From: Neoechinorhynchus agilis
Lineage: Eukaryota; Animalia; Acanthocephala
Length of the DNA stretch: 64,000 bases
Assembly (NCBI GenBank): GCA_051530055.1
Contig: CM121341.1
Span: forward strand, 11,262,784 to 11,326,783
Reading direction: 5' to 3'
The translations under genes and the position numbers were made by a program. The notes beneath the pieces were generated by a model. It saw nothing but the letters and a program-made list of their open reading frames with translations, was not told the DNA's origin and made no database searches. This document shows positions 1-12,994 of this stretch, piece after piece (within the stretch, counting starts at the first letter, position 1; each line of letters begins with the position of its first letter).

Positions 1-706
1 GCTAAAAGTTAGTTGCTACCTAACCACTATTAAGATGTGATAATGAAAAGCGTAAAGATTATCTTAATCTTAAAACTAAGCGTGTGAAGAACTAGCGAAT
101 GTGTAGAAATAGAGATGCGTAGGGTTGATTGCAATTAAAGAAAAATATAAATTGAAAAGATTGAAGGTATCAACTTACGTTCAATCATTTCCATTTAATG
201 CAGTAAATTTTGAACAGTTCGGTTGTCATCTCAGTATACATGCATCTATATTTCGTCTTTACCAAGACAATAGAAAATATTATAGCAACTACGTTTAGCG
301 CATGACCTTCCCTGCTTTTTTTTGGAAGGTTAGTCAACCTGACAAGCATTGATTCTAAGACTTAAAAATGCCATTTTTATGACTGGGTCCAAATATTTTT
401 TTCAGCTTTAACTGGGTGACCTTGAGCAACTAGATGGTGAAAACGTATGCAAATCCGTGGATATATTCTGAGAAAATAAAACTGATTTGAAAATCAAGAA
501 TGGCCAAGTTTGTATTTTCAGGTTTTTCAATGAAAATGCTCCCTGTAGCATTTCGAAGCGTTGAATAAGAAAAATCGCATCAAAATCTTACAAATGCTTG
601 CTAGTGAGTTAATGACACATTCATACTAGCCGGTTGCTGCTAAGAAGCTATGTATTGGTGTCAAACCAGACGCAAAACTAAGACAATCCAAAAATGGACG
701 TCTGAT

Positions 707-1302
707 CTATTGACCTCCTGACATTGGTGAATCCCCAGACGGCCCAGTGTCAGTTGTAGTGTCACGACTTTCAAAGGCTCCTTTAAGCTCCATAAAGTAG
801 TACAGTGACATCCACAGTAGACTTGCGAATCCGAAGAACTAAAGGTTTGAAAATGCTTTAGGCGGGTTGATCTGAAGCAAAACTCACAGCAGTAGCGGCC
901 ATTGAGCCATCGTTAGCTCCTTCGGCAGCCGCAATGATTGAAGCGAACAAAATCATTGGCAATTGGATAATAAAAAAGAATAGAGACTAAAATACAGATC
1001 AATTTACCTAAAAAGAAAATAAAACCTTACCGCGCTTCTTGCAGAAAATCTTTCCAGTCGCCCGATTTTGAAATTGAATAGACAATAGAGAATCACACAC
1101 GAAATCAATTCATAGCAAAAGACACAGAGAATCATTCCTGCTACAGCGGTTCCCGTCCGTTGAGCAACAGCGGAACATATGACAGCCAATGCAGCAATTG
1201 CCTTAAACAAGAAAGATTATTAATGGCGATAAAAACGGAAAAACTTGCGCCATTGACAAACAAGAAAATTTGCCTGCTCTTCAATATTGCCGGAATCGCC
1301 AT
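707..1302 (-). CDS. Small four-TM membrane protein, MARVEL/CMTM-like (151 aa, 4 exons)
   Basis: Exons 1302-1249, 1201-1031, 986-888 and 838-707 join in frame (MAIPAILKSRQIFLFVNG|AIAALAVICSAVAQ...RSA|SLFFFIIQLPM...ATA|FFGFASLLWMSLYYF...GGQ*). Introns are 47 nt (GC-AG), 44 nt and 49 nt (GT-AG). Four hydrophobic segments are seen; the family assignment is inferred from topology only. Confidence 0.7.
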
Positions 1303-1789
1303 ATCTGAAAAGTTAAGGTATACAGGACGATTGAGCAGATATGAATTGTTACTGGTCGAATAAATAGCTGTGTAGCGAATCAAAATGCGCATACTTAGTC
1401 CTTGTCTGTCTATTTTAAAAAGGTGGCTAAATAATGTTCGTTTTTCACATTATTTTTAACAGAATTCAAGATTCAAAGATATAAAAATTGGTTTTAAAGA
1501 CCGGAACGTTGTCTTTCGTTTTCAGCAGTAAGCCATCGGAATGGATCTTATAAAACCGCATCATATGTGAACGATTGTGCTAAACAATAACCAAAAATAT
1601 GGTTGCAATAGCGTCACATTGCACACGCGGCAGTCGATGGGATTGAACGTATAAAAGCTGCAGAAAAAACCCAAGAAAATAAGCGCTTCTCGTGTTACGA
1701 TCGCAATCTTTGTCTGCATTGCGACACATACAATCATAAGAGTTTGTACCGTAAGGAAGCATGTACGCGATCGACGGTAGTTGTTGATA

Positions 1790-2690
1790 GATGACTTAAA
1801 ATCTTACCCGTTTGAATACTATACCGAATTGTTTCCCTGTTGGGAGCAACAGTGGTTGTATGCGAAGCCAAAGAGACACAATTGAAGAACACTGTTCTCT
1901 TCGAGTATAAACCAATTTCGGAATGCAGGACAACATTCCCGAGTAGTGATGAATTCATCATTCCACGATAAAAACTTGAGATGATACCTCTTTTCCGGGG
2001 TCACCTTTTTAGATTTCCTTTGTTCTTAGGAAGACTGCATAAAAGTTAGGGGGAAAGACACATTAACCTTAGAAGATTCACATCACTGCTAATGGGTTTT
2101 CGTAAACTATAACGTTGATGATAAAGTGAAGTATGTTTTCTTGAATTGCCATCCGCATATTCACTATGGTGGGAGTCTTCGAACGCTAGAAAATGAGAAG
2201 CCACTATTGTCCCAGATATACGTTTCCAAATAGTGACTTCATCTGAAGTTGTTTTAGTTGTTTACTGCTCAGCAAACCATCGTGAAGTTCAGAAGTGTTA
2301 ACCGCGGGACGACACCACGAACATGTTCTTAAGTATCGAAACCTTTGAGATCGCAAGTGTAAAAGTTCGAGATGCTCAAACCCGTCATCTTATATATATA
2401 CCCACGGGATGCCTTTTGTTTTGTAAATCGTTAGTTTTCGAATCGTCATTAAGAAAACACATAGAGTTTCAAAATGTAATAGAGAAGTAAATCTTTTTTA
2501 AAAATGAAATCATGAACAAGAAAATCAACGGCATTTTACTGGTTTTGAAGCATTTTAGAATGGAAATTCCTATTTTGTTGAAGAGACATACAATTCCGTT
2601 GCTTTCGAAGAACGCTGTTCTATTATTGTCATCACCGTTTATGAATGTGGCACATTCTCTTTCAATTACAAATGCACGAAGAGGAAGATG
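1790..2690 (+). CDS. Possible multi-exon orphan gene, unresolved
   Basis: Several short stop-free, protein-like segments on + (ILYRIVSLLGATVVVCEAKETQ..., VNYNVDDKVKYVFLNCHPH..., NGNSYFVEETYNSVAFEERCSIIVITVYECGTF...). No consistent splice model was found. Confidence 0.2.
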
Positions 2691-3397
2691 TAATCCCATC
2701 GAAAGCACATAACAATTCAGAGGACAAAGATGAGACACGGAAAGTACGTTTTAAATACATTTATTTAACCTAATGCCAAATTTAGTTTGTCACAATTACT
2801 CTAACAGAAGTGATAGTCACATTTTTTGAATAATGAACCTCCTACGCCCTTGACTCGGTCCTAAGTACCTTGGATGCCTCTAAGTGAATTTTTTAATTTC
2901 AACTATTTTTCCCAATAACTATAAATATTTGTGATATTGCATGTATTTAAGCGCAAAAATGTAAAAATTTATTCGAAAAAGGTTACGTGGCTTTGACGGT
3001 AATCTTAAAAATTCGCATTTTTTGAGATACTGAAATCTCGATGTATGAACGAAGGATAATGTTACTACCATTCAACAGTGAATATGAATTGAACGTATCG
3101 ATGTGCGAATAGATCCAGGTAAAACTTTTACAATATTCAGTGCATAACCAGATTGAAGACTTGGCATTTAGTACAAAAAACGGCTAATTAAGGTTTCAAT
3201 CCCATTCCAGGGTGTAGAAAAGAAACATAAATATTGAAACAATGACCGCCTGGTGCTATATTCTTGTTCATGGTTTCCAAACCTCGCGCTTGAAAGAATC
3301 AGTTTTCCCAAGCACGCAGTAGCACACGGGTTTCCATGGCACACCTGAATGTTTTGTGAATTCCTACCGCTGTTCGGGGAAACAAATCCACTCTTGA

Positions 3398-3877
3398 ATG
3401 TTGAACTTATTTCTATCGTTGTTCAACCCTGCCACGTTGCTTCTATTCGTCCACACGCTCTCGACGATCACTTTCAGCAATGAGCTCTTCGAATGCAAAT
3501 ACAGGTGCCGGTATGAAGCCAGGCACTCGCTAGGTGATCCCCCAAAGAGTTTGCTGGAGCTAAACGTCTACATGGAAATCTGTTATCAGAAATGTGATAG
3601 AAAGCATTTGTCTCCTTCTTTTCGCTATGTTGAAGAACCAAATTCGGCGACAGTGAAAAGTACCCAAATTGCGTCTTTAAATGAAACAAAAACTAAAGGC
3701 ACGTCCACATTGGAAACAAGTACAGATATGAATCACACGACTGAGAAGGAGGTGGTTAGAAATGACATGGATGATTACTTTGATTTAATCGACGATTCAG
3801 ATGAAGATGAGTTTTATGGATTTCCTTTTAATGAGAAGTTCTGGAAGCGTGAAAATTCTGTGAACTCAAAAACATAA
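3398..3877 (+). CDS. Secreted orphan protein with twin Cx3C motif and acidic tail (159 aa)
   Basis: Single ORF with a hydrophobic N-terminus, CKYRC...CYQKC, a T/S-rich linker, an acidic D/E stretch and a C-terminal KR. Confidence 0.6.
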   Translation: MLNLFLSLFNPATLLLFVHTLSTITFSNELFECKYRCRYEARHSLGDPPKSLLELNVYMEICYQKCDRKHLSPSFRYVEEPNSATVKSTQIASLNETKTKGTSTLETSTDMNHTTEKEVVRNDMDDYFDLIDDSDEDEFYGFPFNEKFWKRENSVNSKT

Positions 3878-5073
3878 TTTTTGTCTTGGACGTGGTTCTA
3901 AAAATGTAAAGCAGGGGATTTGTGGATCATTCAATATTTGAAATATAAGCTATCGGCACGTGATGGTTTACATGGAATATCAATGTAAAAAATATCATCG
4001 ATAGAAAATCCTTCGGGATAATCAAGTTAAAATTTTGGTGAACATAATCTCGGGCATGAAATATTTCACGAGGTAACCTCGCCTCTTCAGTCATTGTAAA
4101 TTAATCTAATTGACAACTCAAATATGTCGTGTCCGGGATCAAGCTCACCAAAATTATAAATAAAAATATTACATAAAAGTCTTGCCAATAGCACAAGCAT
4201 GTGCTTTACAGTAGTGAATAAATCTAATTATCGATTAACACTAAAAAATTTCAAGAGCCAAAAGATGGTCCTTGTCCAGTGTGATTAAACGAAAGATCAT
4301 TCCAAAATAATGAAACAAGAAAGTGAACCTTTTAATAATTTTTATACAATGGGAGAATCGGCAACACTTTGCTGCGGTACACTGCGATGACGACTCCTTT
4401 TTTTTTACAAAAAGAGATCCTAGAACGACGTATCATTTGTTTAAATTGTTTCATGAGATCGCTAAACATTCGGAAATATCACCCTATGGAACATTTAGAA
4501 GATGAAGCAGTCACTGAATGAAGACGTTGTAAAGTGTTGTAAATTTTCAATCTATGTGTTCAAATATAGATAGTTGAGCTTCAAGTCTCTACAGAGGAGT
4601 ATAATAACTAGGTGAAAGGAATTTTAGTTATTTCAGGTGAAAAATAACTGCTCTATGGGTTGAACAGTATACATTGCACCGGAAAGAGAAAATCCTTCCA
4701 TCTCGAGATGATAACCGTCCAACTGTAGATTTCTAAGGGAAGTAATTAAACACGTCTCAGTCTTGATTATCCCGACGGTTTTATCAAAGCGATCACTAAG
4801 TTGATTCTCGCGATCAGTTGAAATTTGATGATCCACCTTTAAAAATAAAGGAAAATTATTGCAGTTTTTTGTGCGTGAAGAACGTAAGATGCCTCCCTTA
4901 AATAAAAAATTTGCTCGATTCTCATTTTACCTTCTATATCTTATTCAAAATTCAGGATCTTATTAAACGAAGTTAACTTAGATGGCGGTACACACACAAC
5001 AATTATCAATTCGTTAAATCGTAAGTGACTCGTGTATCTGTGATTTGGACTAAGTTCTCAATGTTATTTTCTA

Positions 5074-5244
5074 TGTTTAGAAGTCTTCACCCGCGATAAA
5101 TGATTATTTCGATTAAAAACCTTCTGCGAACCTCGTCGAGTTCATCATCAGTTCTAAAATACAAAGAACTGACGATAAGCTCTACGAAGTTAGCAGAACG
5201 CTTTTAATCGAAATAATCATTTACCGGGTGAAGACTTCTAAACA
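5074..5244. mobile_element. ~170-bp foldback MITE-like palindrome (family A)
   Basis: TGTTTAGAAGTCTTCACCCG...TGATTATTTCGATTAAAA is mirrored by TTTTAATCGAAATAATCA...CGGGTGAAGACTTCTAAACA. Related copies lie at ~17811-17930 and ~11913-11936. Confidence 0.8.
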
Positions 5245-5492
5245 ATAATTCCAATCACATTCCCAGTTACTTGGCATATCGACATAATTTCTATGTATTG
5301 ACCAACACCATGAAATTGAGATGACAAAAACTAAAGTTTTGCATCGAAACTTAACAAAAACTCGGAATATCTAAAATTTCGATTAGAGTAGGTTTGATCG
5401 AAATGATGGTAGTTTTATTAATCGAAAAAGACCATTGACTCGTCGCTCGCACTCAACTACAAAGGAATCCTCGACAGTTGCGTGAGACGGAA

Positions 5493-8400
5493 TTAAGTGT
5501 ACCATGGCGGATGATCGAGATGCTGTCGACCGTCCGGCTGTTCATGGCGACCACTTGTTTCGGTGATATTGCCCATCAGACCCTGTTCATCATTATTTGT
5601 CACAACGAACGAATCTGGTAAGGCATCGTTTTGATTTGAAGTAACCGTTTGTCTGAATGGAAAAGGCAATCCGTCTGGAAAATATCGGTGAAGATCGGGA
5701 GGAGTGTAAGGTTGCTGCTGTTGCGGAGGCGGTTGCTGATGGTTGTGATGGTGAGGTTCGTAGTAACTTCGAATCGTATTGAACGCATTCGGAACTGATG
5801 CCGTGGACTGATCACTTGATCCTGATGAAGAAGCAGCAAAGATCGAAGGAGGATGAGGTGCTGACCCTCCGGATCCAATTAGAGCATTATAAGCAGCAGC
5901 AGCGGCAGCAGCTGCAGCAGCGACACATGAAGTAGGTTCATTTTGTGGGCAGAAGTTTCGCTCGTCAGTTGCACCAACCAGTGCAGCAGTTCGCATCCAA
6001 TGTTCTGGACGTATTGTTTCTTCTTGTATCTGAACGCCTAAAGGTCGTGTTGGAGAAGCAGTACGACTGTAATCAATCGATTGTGAAGGCGGTGGAACTA
6101 ATGTTGAATTAGATTGACCGGTTGTACTTGCGACGGCTACAACAGCAGCCGCAGCCGCAGCAGCCATCATATCTGGATTGTTCGAATAAGTTTGAGGAAG
6201 TGCTCGGCGGAGATAAGGCGCGTAGGGTTGCTCTCCAAGTACACTAGGTTGAGCATATGTGGAACGGCGCCGGTTTTCTGGAGCATCCAAACGAAGAGAT
6301 CTAAGACGACCGAGTATTCCGGACGAAAGTGAATTTTGTTGGTTAGGTGAGTGCTGTTGTGGTTGCTGCTGCGCCTGGATGTACTCAAACTCGGGCCCCT
6401 CTACTGCCGGGATCGATGATCCAGCAGCAGCAGCGGCGGCGGCCGATGTCGACCCGGTATGCATATGGTGGAAATGATGATGATGATGTAGATGATACTG
6501 ATTGGTAGCAGTTGGACCAATCGGTTGACTTTGAGGAATCGTCTGTTCCGTCTCTTCGAGGAAGGTGGCAATCGGTCGAACAGGTTGCTGTTGACGACGT
6601 TGAGCAACCTTTCGGTTGTATCCAGGCGCTTTCGCCATGTCAACTTCGCTCACAACTGAGCCCGAGAATGCTAGGTCGGATATTGGCACTCGTTTTGAAT
6701 CCTCCTCTTCTTGACCAAAGACGTCCTTGGCGGGTTCCGTGGTAATCGGCACGATTGGCGGTGGAATAATGTTTGAAGAAGAAACAGGCACACTGGAGGG
6801 CGCTTTCAATGGCTCCTTAGAACTATCCATTACAACGTGATGAGCTTGAACTGGAGTATTTATCGTCACCGACTGAGTCTTTTGCTTATTCCTTGAGAAA
6901 CTAGAATTTATCCAAGTGTTTGGTGCACCTCTGGATGGTTGCTTTCCGCCCTGTATAGGAGGTCGTGTTTGGTTCGTTCTAGTCAACGTATCGGTAACGG
7001 GTCGTAACTCCGGAAACACAGTTTTATCATCCATAGCTGGAGTATCCATCTCCTCCCCAACAACTTGTTTACTCGTTCGAGTATAAATATGTTGCCTTGG
7101 TTCAAACCGCTGTTGACTTGTTTGTGGTGTTTCTTCATAATTAACTCGTGGCTCTCCCCACCGTCTCCTCGTAAAAGTGGCACGAGATGATGGTCTAAAA
7201 GTAGATCGATGTACTGGTACCGACGGTCTACGAGGTGGTTGTTCAGCAATGGACGTTGATTGCGATTGTGTTGCTTGAGCTGATGGTTGCACTAATGGTA
7301 ATGGCGGTGGTGACTGTTGTCGTAGTGGTGGCGGAACAGATTGTTTTGTTTTAGGAGCTTCCACTTGTTCCGGGATGTGTCTCTTTGGGCCGGCTTCCTT
7401 CCATCCATCACTACTTGACGAATCATTTCCCTGAGGCTCAGGGGACGGAGTTCGAGATTTGTTCACAGGTACATGTTTTTCTACTTCAACTACCTGTTCA
7501 CATTCATCTTCATCTTCGTTCTCACTAGCTGCTTGCTTGGAGTAATCCTCGTCCACCTCTGTCCTTTTCTTCTTATTTCGTTTCTGCTTTCGCTTCTCCC
7601 TTCTTCTAATCGCGGCATCTCGTCTTGCTTTCTTTTTGTTCTCCTCACCTTCAATCATTTGCAACAACTCATTCGCGTTCTGGTCGGCCGTTAACGTTTG
7701 CTTTCTCTTCGCTGCCAATATAGCTTCCATCGCTTCGGTACATCGTTTCTCCATTGCTCTAAAGTCCGCCTCAGTAATCATCGAAGGCTGTTTCGTGCCG
7801 AAGGCGGTCGGGGGAACGGCTGCATTAGGCGCTGTTCCAGCGGACGAAGATGATATTTGCGACGCCATACTATGGTGGACCGAACTTAGGGACCTTGCTT
7901 GTGTCGAACGTGCGGGTGTTGATTTCAAATTAGCGATGAACTTCTTCATGTCCTGCTCTAATGGGTATTGTTTGACCTTACCAACCATCTCATTCACAAC
8001 AGCCGAGTGACCTTGCTGAAACGCTGCTTTAAGACATGAAACTTTTCTAACGTCCTCAGAATCAGGATCAGCGCGATGGCTCAAAAGACATTTTACAGTC
8101 TCGAGATGACCACCATTGCACGCCAACCACAACGGAGTTTGCCCACGCTTGTTCCGAGCTTCAATATTGGCACCTCGATTTACAAGAAGTTTGACAAACT
8201 GGTGGTGTCCGCGATCAGCCGCAATGGTGAGTGCTGTATCTCGTGATTGGGGAGGCGGTGCAATGTTCACATCAGCTCCATGTTCAATCAAATGGTTGCC
8301 AATATCGACGAAATTACCGGAAGCGGCTTCCATGAGTGGAGTAAGACCACTTTTTGAACGATGGTCTATGGTTGCTTTATGTTTGACCAGCACTTTGACC

Positions 8401-11360
8401 ACTTCAAACCTTCCTTGGTAGCATGCCAGGGTAAGAGCTGTGTTCCTATTGCTTTCAACATGAGCATTGATATCTGCACCGAGTTCCAACAGAAGTTGAA
8501 CAGCCAGTGCATGACCGTTCATGCTAGCCAACATCAACGGTGTTATTCCAAGCTTAGAGTTGGTTCGAGAGTCTATTTCCGCTTTGTGTTGAGCCAGTAG
8601 GTTTATGATGTCTACGTGTCCACTGGTGGCCGCAAGACACATAGGTGTGTAATCAGAACTATTTCGATGTTCACGGGAAGCTCCTTTAGCGAGCATAAGA
8701 CGAGCAAGGTCAAGGCGACCATGAGAGCAAGCGTAAGACAAGGGAGTGTCGCGAGTTTTATCGCACATACTGTCCACTTGAGCACCACCTTCAAGAAGAA
8801 CTTCAGCCACATGAAGGTTTCCTTCTATGGAAGCCACCATCAGAGGGGTTTGACCTGCTTTGTTACGTTGCTCAACGCCAGCACCGGCGGTCAAAAGAGC
8901 ACACACAATGTCCGGTTGACCGGCTCGTGCTGCCATTATAAGAGCAGTTTCCCCACTGGAACACATAGGAGCGTTGACGTGAGCTGCGAGAGGTCCAGCA
9001 CCTACTTCAGTCACGGGGGGTGTAATTCCAGTAGGCGGTTGAGCTTGCTTCTTTTGCGGAGTTCGTTTAGCAGAGGCTACCTTTTTACGTTGACATCCAC
9101 ATGGGGGTGATCGCAATTTTGGAGAGCGATGATCAGCCAGCCGACGACTACGACCTGTCGCTGATTTATTAGCCGTAGAGTAACTGCGATTGGCCAGTAA
9201 TTGGCATTGGCACGCGGGTGGATGATGCGTTGTAGGTTCTGAGTGGTATGTCATTGGAGGTGATCGTTTGGCCATCTCCCGTACCATCTCGATCCCCTTT
9301 CGAGGGTCAGTATTCACGGCTGTATGAGTGCCTAACTTATCATCAAAAAACCGACTATCTTCTTCGTCATCACTCACATTATAGGTCGAATTATCCGTGG
9401 TGCCTTCGTCGTCCTCATCTTCGTCCTCGTCGTCGTATTCATCTCCGCTGCTCATATCGTCAACAAGTGCGGAATTTGTTGCAGTTGCCACGTTAGCGAC
9501 CGCAGCAGCCATAACAGCAGCAGCATTGCTTGGATCTATTTTACAATTGGATAAGTGATTGACCCATCGATTGGCCAGATGTTCTTGTTCGCACAACAAT
9601 TTCAGATCGGCGATCGGTGCGGATTCCATTAGGCTTCGACGAGTCGTCCATAGATGTGGATCAAGTTCGGCGTTGTGTGCTGACGACAATACACCCCCTT
9701 GATCAAGCATTGTTTTCTTACAAAACTCGAAATACTGTTCAGCCCAAAGTTTGCCTGGACCATGCGGACCACATGATGCACATCCCGGTTCATTTTGAGC
9801 CATTCTATTGATTTGTTCGACCAAATGCATGCCGATGGCTCGGACGCGTTCGTCATTTTCCGCAGAAAGCGCCGGTTGAAAGCATGCGGGAGTCGGCGAA
9901 GGTGGTGTAACAGTCGGAGAGACCGATTGTGTCGATGCAGGACGGTCGTTGGGAAGCTTTGTACCTGAGTCTATCTTCAAATCCGCTTGACCATTTCTGC
10001 GTGCTACTTCACAGATGAGAAGTTTGGCTATCTCTAGATTGCCAGTTTTGCATGCCTCCATAAGGCAGTTTGCACCATCTCGCAACTTGATTTCAGGATC
10101 AGCTCCATTAGCCAACAGAAAGCGCACGACGCTCTGGTTTCCACGTGAAACCGCCAATGAAAGAGCTGAATGGTCTTCACCGGTCGAAAGATTGTCGATT
10201 TTAGCCCCTCGTCTGAGAAGTAGATCGCAAAGATCGACCCGATCTGCGACGACGGCTCTCATAAGTGGGGTAAGTCCACTTTCACAGTCAACGAGTTCAA
10301 TAAGAGCTCCATGGTCTAGGAGATATTGCACTATTTCCATATTTCCACGTTCAGCAGCGATGCCAAGTGGAGTGTCTGGTTTGTCTTGGGACACATTTAC
10401 GGGATGTCCACTTTCGACAAGAAGTTTCACGATATCTGACCGATTATTTTCGATGGCTTCAATCATTGGGTATCGATCTGTAAGGTTGGGATCAGCTCCT
10501 TTGTTTAATAGAAGAGCAATAAGCTCGGGTGGGCCTTGTCTACACGCAAGACTCAGTGCTGTGTGGTTGTGGTTTCTAATGGAGATGCTGTTTACGTCTG
10601 CTTTACAATCGAGCAAGTAGCTGACGATTTGAGTATTATTTAGACAAAGAGTTTTTTGCGGAGAAAAGCGGCACAAACCCTATATCCCCATTGCTAATAA
10701 TCACTAAATGCGCATACACACGCTTTGAATGAGAAACGAGGAGTATTTACAAGAGGGCAAAAATGTTGTTTGAAAACAGTACCACTAACACCGGTGATGC
10801 AAAAAGGTATCGATCACCCTTCACCGGCTCGTCTAACTCTTCATCTACTTCATACCTTGTCTGACCGCCTCCATCAATGGAGTATATCCATCTTCATTAA
10901 GCTCTTCGATATTAGCACCCTCGCTCACTAGCAAATCAACGAGATTCTTGTTTCCTCCGAGAGCTGCTAACATCACTGGAGTGTCTATCCGCTCCATTAT
11001 CTTATCAGGAGATAATCCCTTACGAAGTACGTATTTTGCCAACTCTACGCGGCCATCCATACATGCAGCCAAAAATGCTTTTTCAAGGCATTTTGTTCCT
11101 TCGCCGGTACCATGAACTCCACCGCCAGCACTTTGAAAAGAACGCAGAAAATTCTCAAATTCCTCCAACTGATCTTGAAATACTCGGTTTCCACCAACAA
11201 CAGATGACGACGAAGATCCAACTTGGGATTTCTTCTTTTTGTTGAAACGATGTGGCTGTTGTTGATGGCTGTGATTTGTGGAAAGTTGAGAAGACTGTTG
11301 CTTCTGAGAGGAAGAAGGTTGTGCCTTAACTTTCGAACCTTTATGACCTTTATGATTCAC
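5493..11360 (-). CDS. MASK/ANKHD1/ANKRD17-like multiple ankyrin repeat protein, no KH domain seen; 5' end unresolved
   Basis: ORFs 11360-10845 and 10676-5493 carry two ankyrin clusters (GYTPLMEAVRQG; NSKLGITPLMLASMNGH; RNTALTLACYQGR; SRDTALTIAADRGH) and the MASK-type coiled coil NANELLQMIEGEE...RRREKRKQKRNKKKR. The two ORFs join by removal of 10638-10853. An acceptor tttcag at ~11361 implies a further upstream exon. Confidence 0.85.
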
Positions 11361-11958
11361 TGAAATATAGAAGGGGCATATAGGTTGTTATGTGACCAAA
11401 ACTGACACTTTAATCACAAACGCACATTCGAAAAAGTTACAGATAAATTTTAGCATTCGAATTCCTGAAAACCACACAGTGTGAATGTGCTTGAAAGATT
11501 AGATTTTAAACAAAAAATTTTGAAATCCGATCAAAAAGCACATATACGACCATTTGACTCTAGTGACAGAAAGCAGGAAATCGTTTATTAATTGAAAGTC
11601 TTCAGGTGAAAATTGAAAAACAATATTATGCTAATAAAATATATAACCACTTCTAGATTAATGATCAATTGCCCGGCCAACCTGACTAAAGATAACGAAA
11701 AAGTAGCGCGGCATTCAGAATGTTGATAATTTAGTCGTTATCTGAAAACCGAGGTTATTTAGGTTCCCTCTGGTGGCCAAAAGTGGTGTACTTCACAACT
11801 CATCTTATTTACACGATCGAAAACAAAGCAAAAATCTGATGGATTTAAGATTTGTAGAAATTGTCGGTTCTTATATTTTCTAAATGTCGATTTGTGAGAG
11901 GAGGTACTGGAGAATTATTATTTAGAAGTCTTCATCCAATAAATAATTTTTTATTAAA

Positions 11959-12415
11959 GATGTTTCGAACCTTGAGTTTGTTAATAGATGATGAACACGA
12001 AGAGGTTAAAAACGTCTCTCCCGCTTTATTCAAACTCTCCATTTACAAGCTACTTCAGGTTTCAGAGCTTGTGTCAAAAAACGTATAATCTTGCCAAATA
12101 CTGAGAATTCGGGAAATGCGACCTGGTATACATGCCATCTCGATTCCTGGCCACCTTGGAATAAAGAAAAGACCAACGAATCTAAACTATACAATCTATT
12201 TAAAACTAGAAAAGAACTTACTATCCGGTATAGTCGCGAATCCATTCTTTGGTCACAGTACCTCTGATATCCATTATTTCATTACAAGTAGCAACCCGAC
12301 CCCTGTTGCTCGCAATTGTAGCAATTCTTGGATTCATTTAAGTACCGTGCACACAAACGCGCAGGAATTCCTAGCAGCTAGAAGTGCCTCCCCGGGTGAC
12401 TCTTCTGTGATATAA
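11959..12415 (+). CDS. Possible small hypothetical gene, unresolved
   Basis: MFRTLSLLIDDEHEE...YKLLQ is followed by a donor-like gtttcag and downstream open segments. The frame is not resolved. Confidence 0.2.
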
Positions 12416-12994
12416 AGACATGCTGTAATCCTTTTTGTTGGCTTTCATTGGCATATATACAGTGCACGGTCAACAAAGAAAGAAGATTTTTACACAAAAG
12501 GAGTAATAATGCACCACGAAGAAAATCTAGCTTGATATCTCAGGAAATTGTGCCTTCTGGCTATTTTTGTTTTAAATCGATGTAATATTCAAGTCAATGT
12601 ATGGTTTTTAATCAGAATAAATAAAGAAAAATGATTTGTGGGACTTCTTTAGAATTGCTAAAGTTTTTGTAAAGATGTTCTTCGAGACTGAAGAAGGCCT
12701 GTGCGAAAGCCGAACATTATCAAATAAATCAATTATTTGATAATTCGCTATAAAAAAATGCTAAAGTGCTTAATCCACACTTACTACGTAAAAGGCGAAA
12801 TATTAAATCATTTTTCTTTATCCCTGACCAAAAAACCTTAAAGCGGAAAATGAAGTTTATCCCTCCCTCATTTGCAACGGATGCACAACTAATCATCCTT
12901 TCCAGTGGTAGGAGTCGTTAGCAAACATATTCAAGGGAATTGAATTCTAAAAACGCAAACTTATCGTTCATTCTAACTTCGAACTATTCTGATG

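Noticed and set aside
5600-11245. Numerous 60-200 aa ORFs overlapping the ankyrin gene
   Set aside because: They are antisense or alternative-frame shadows of a long GC-richer CDS.
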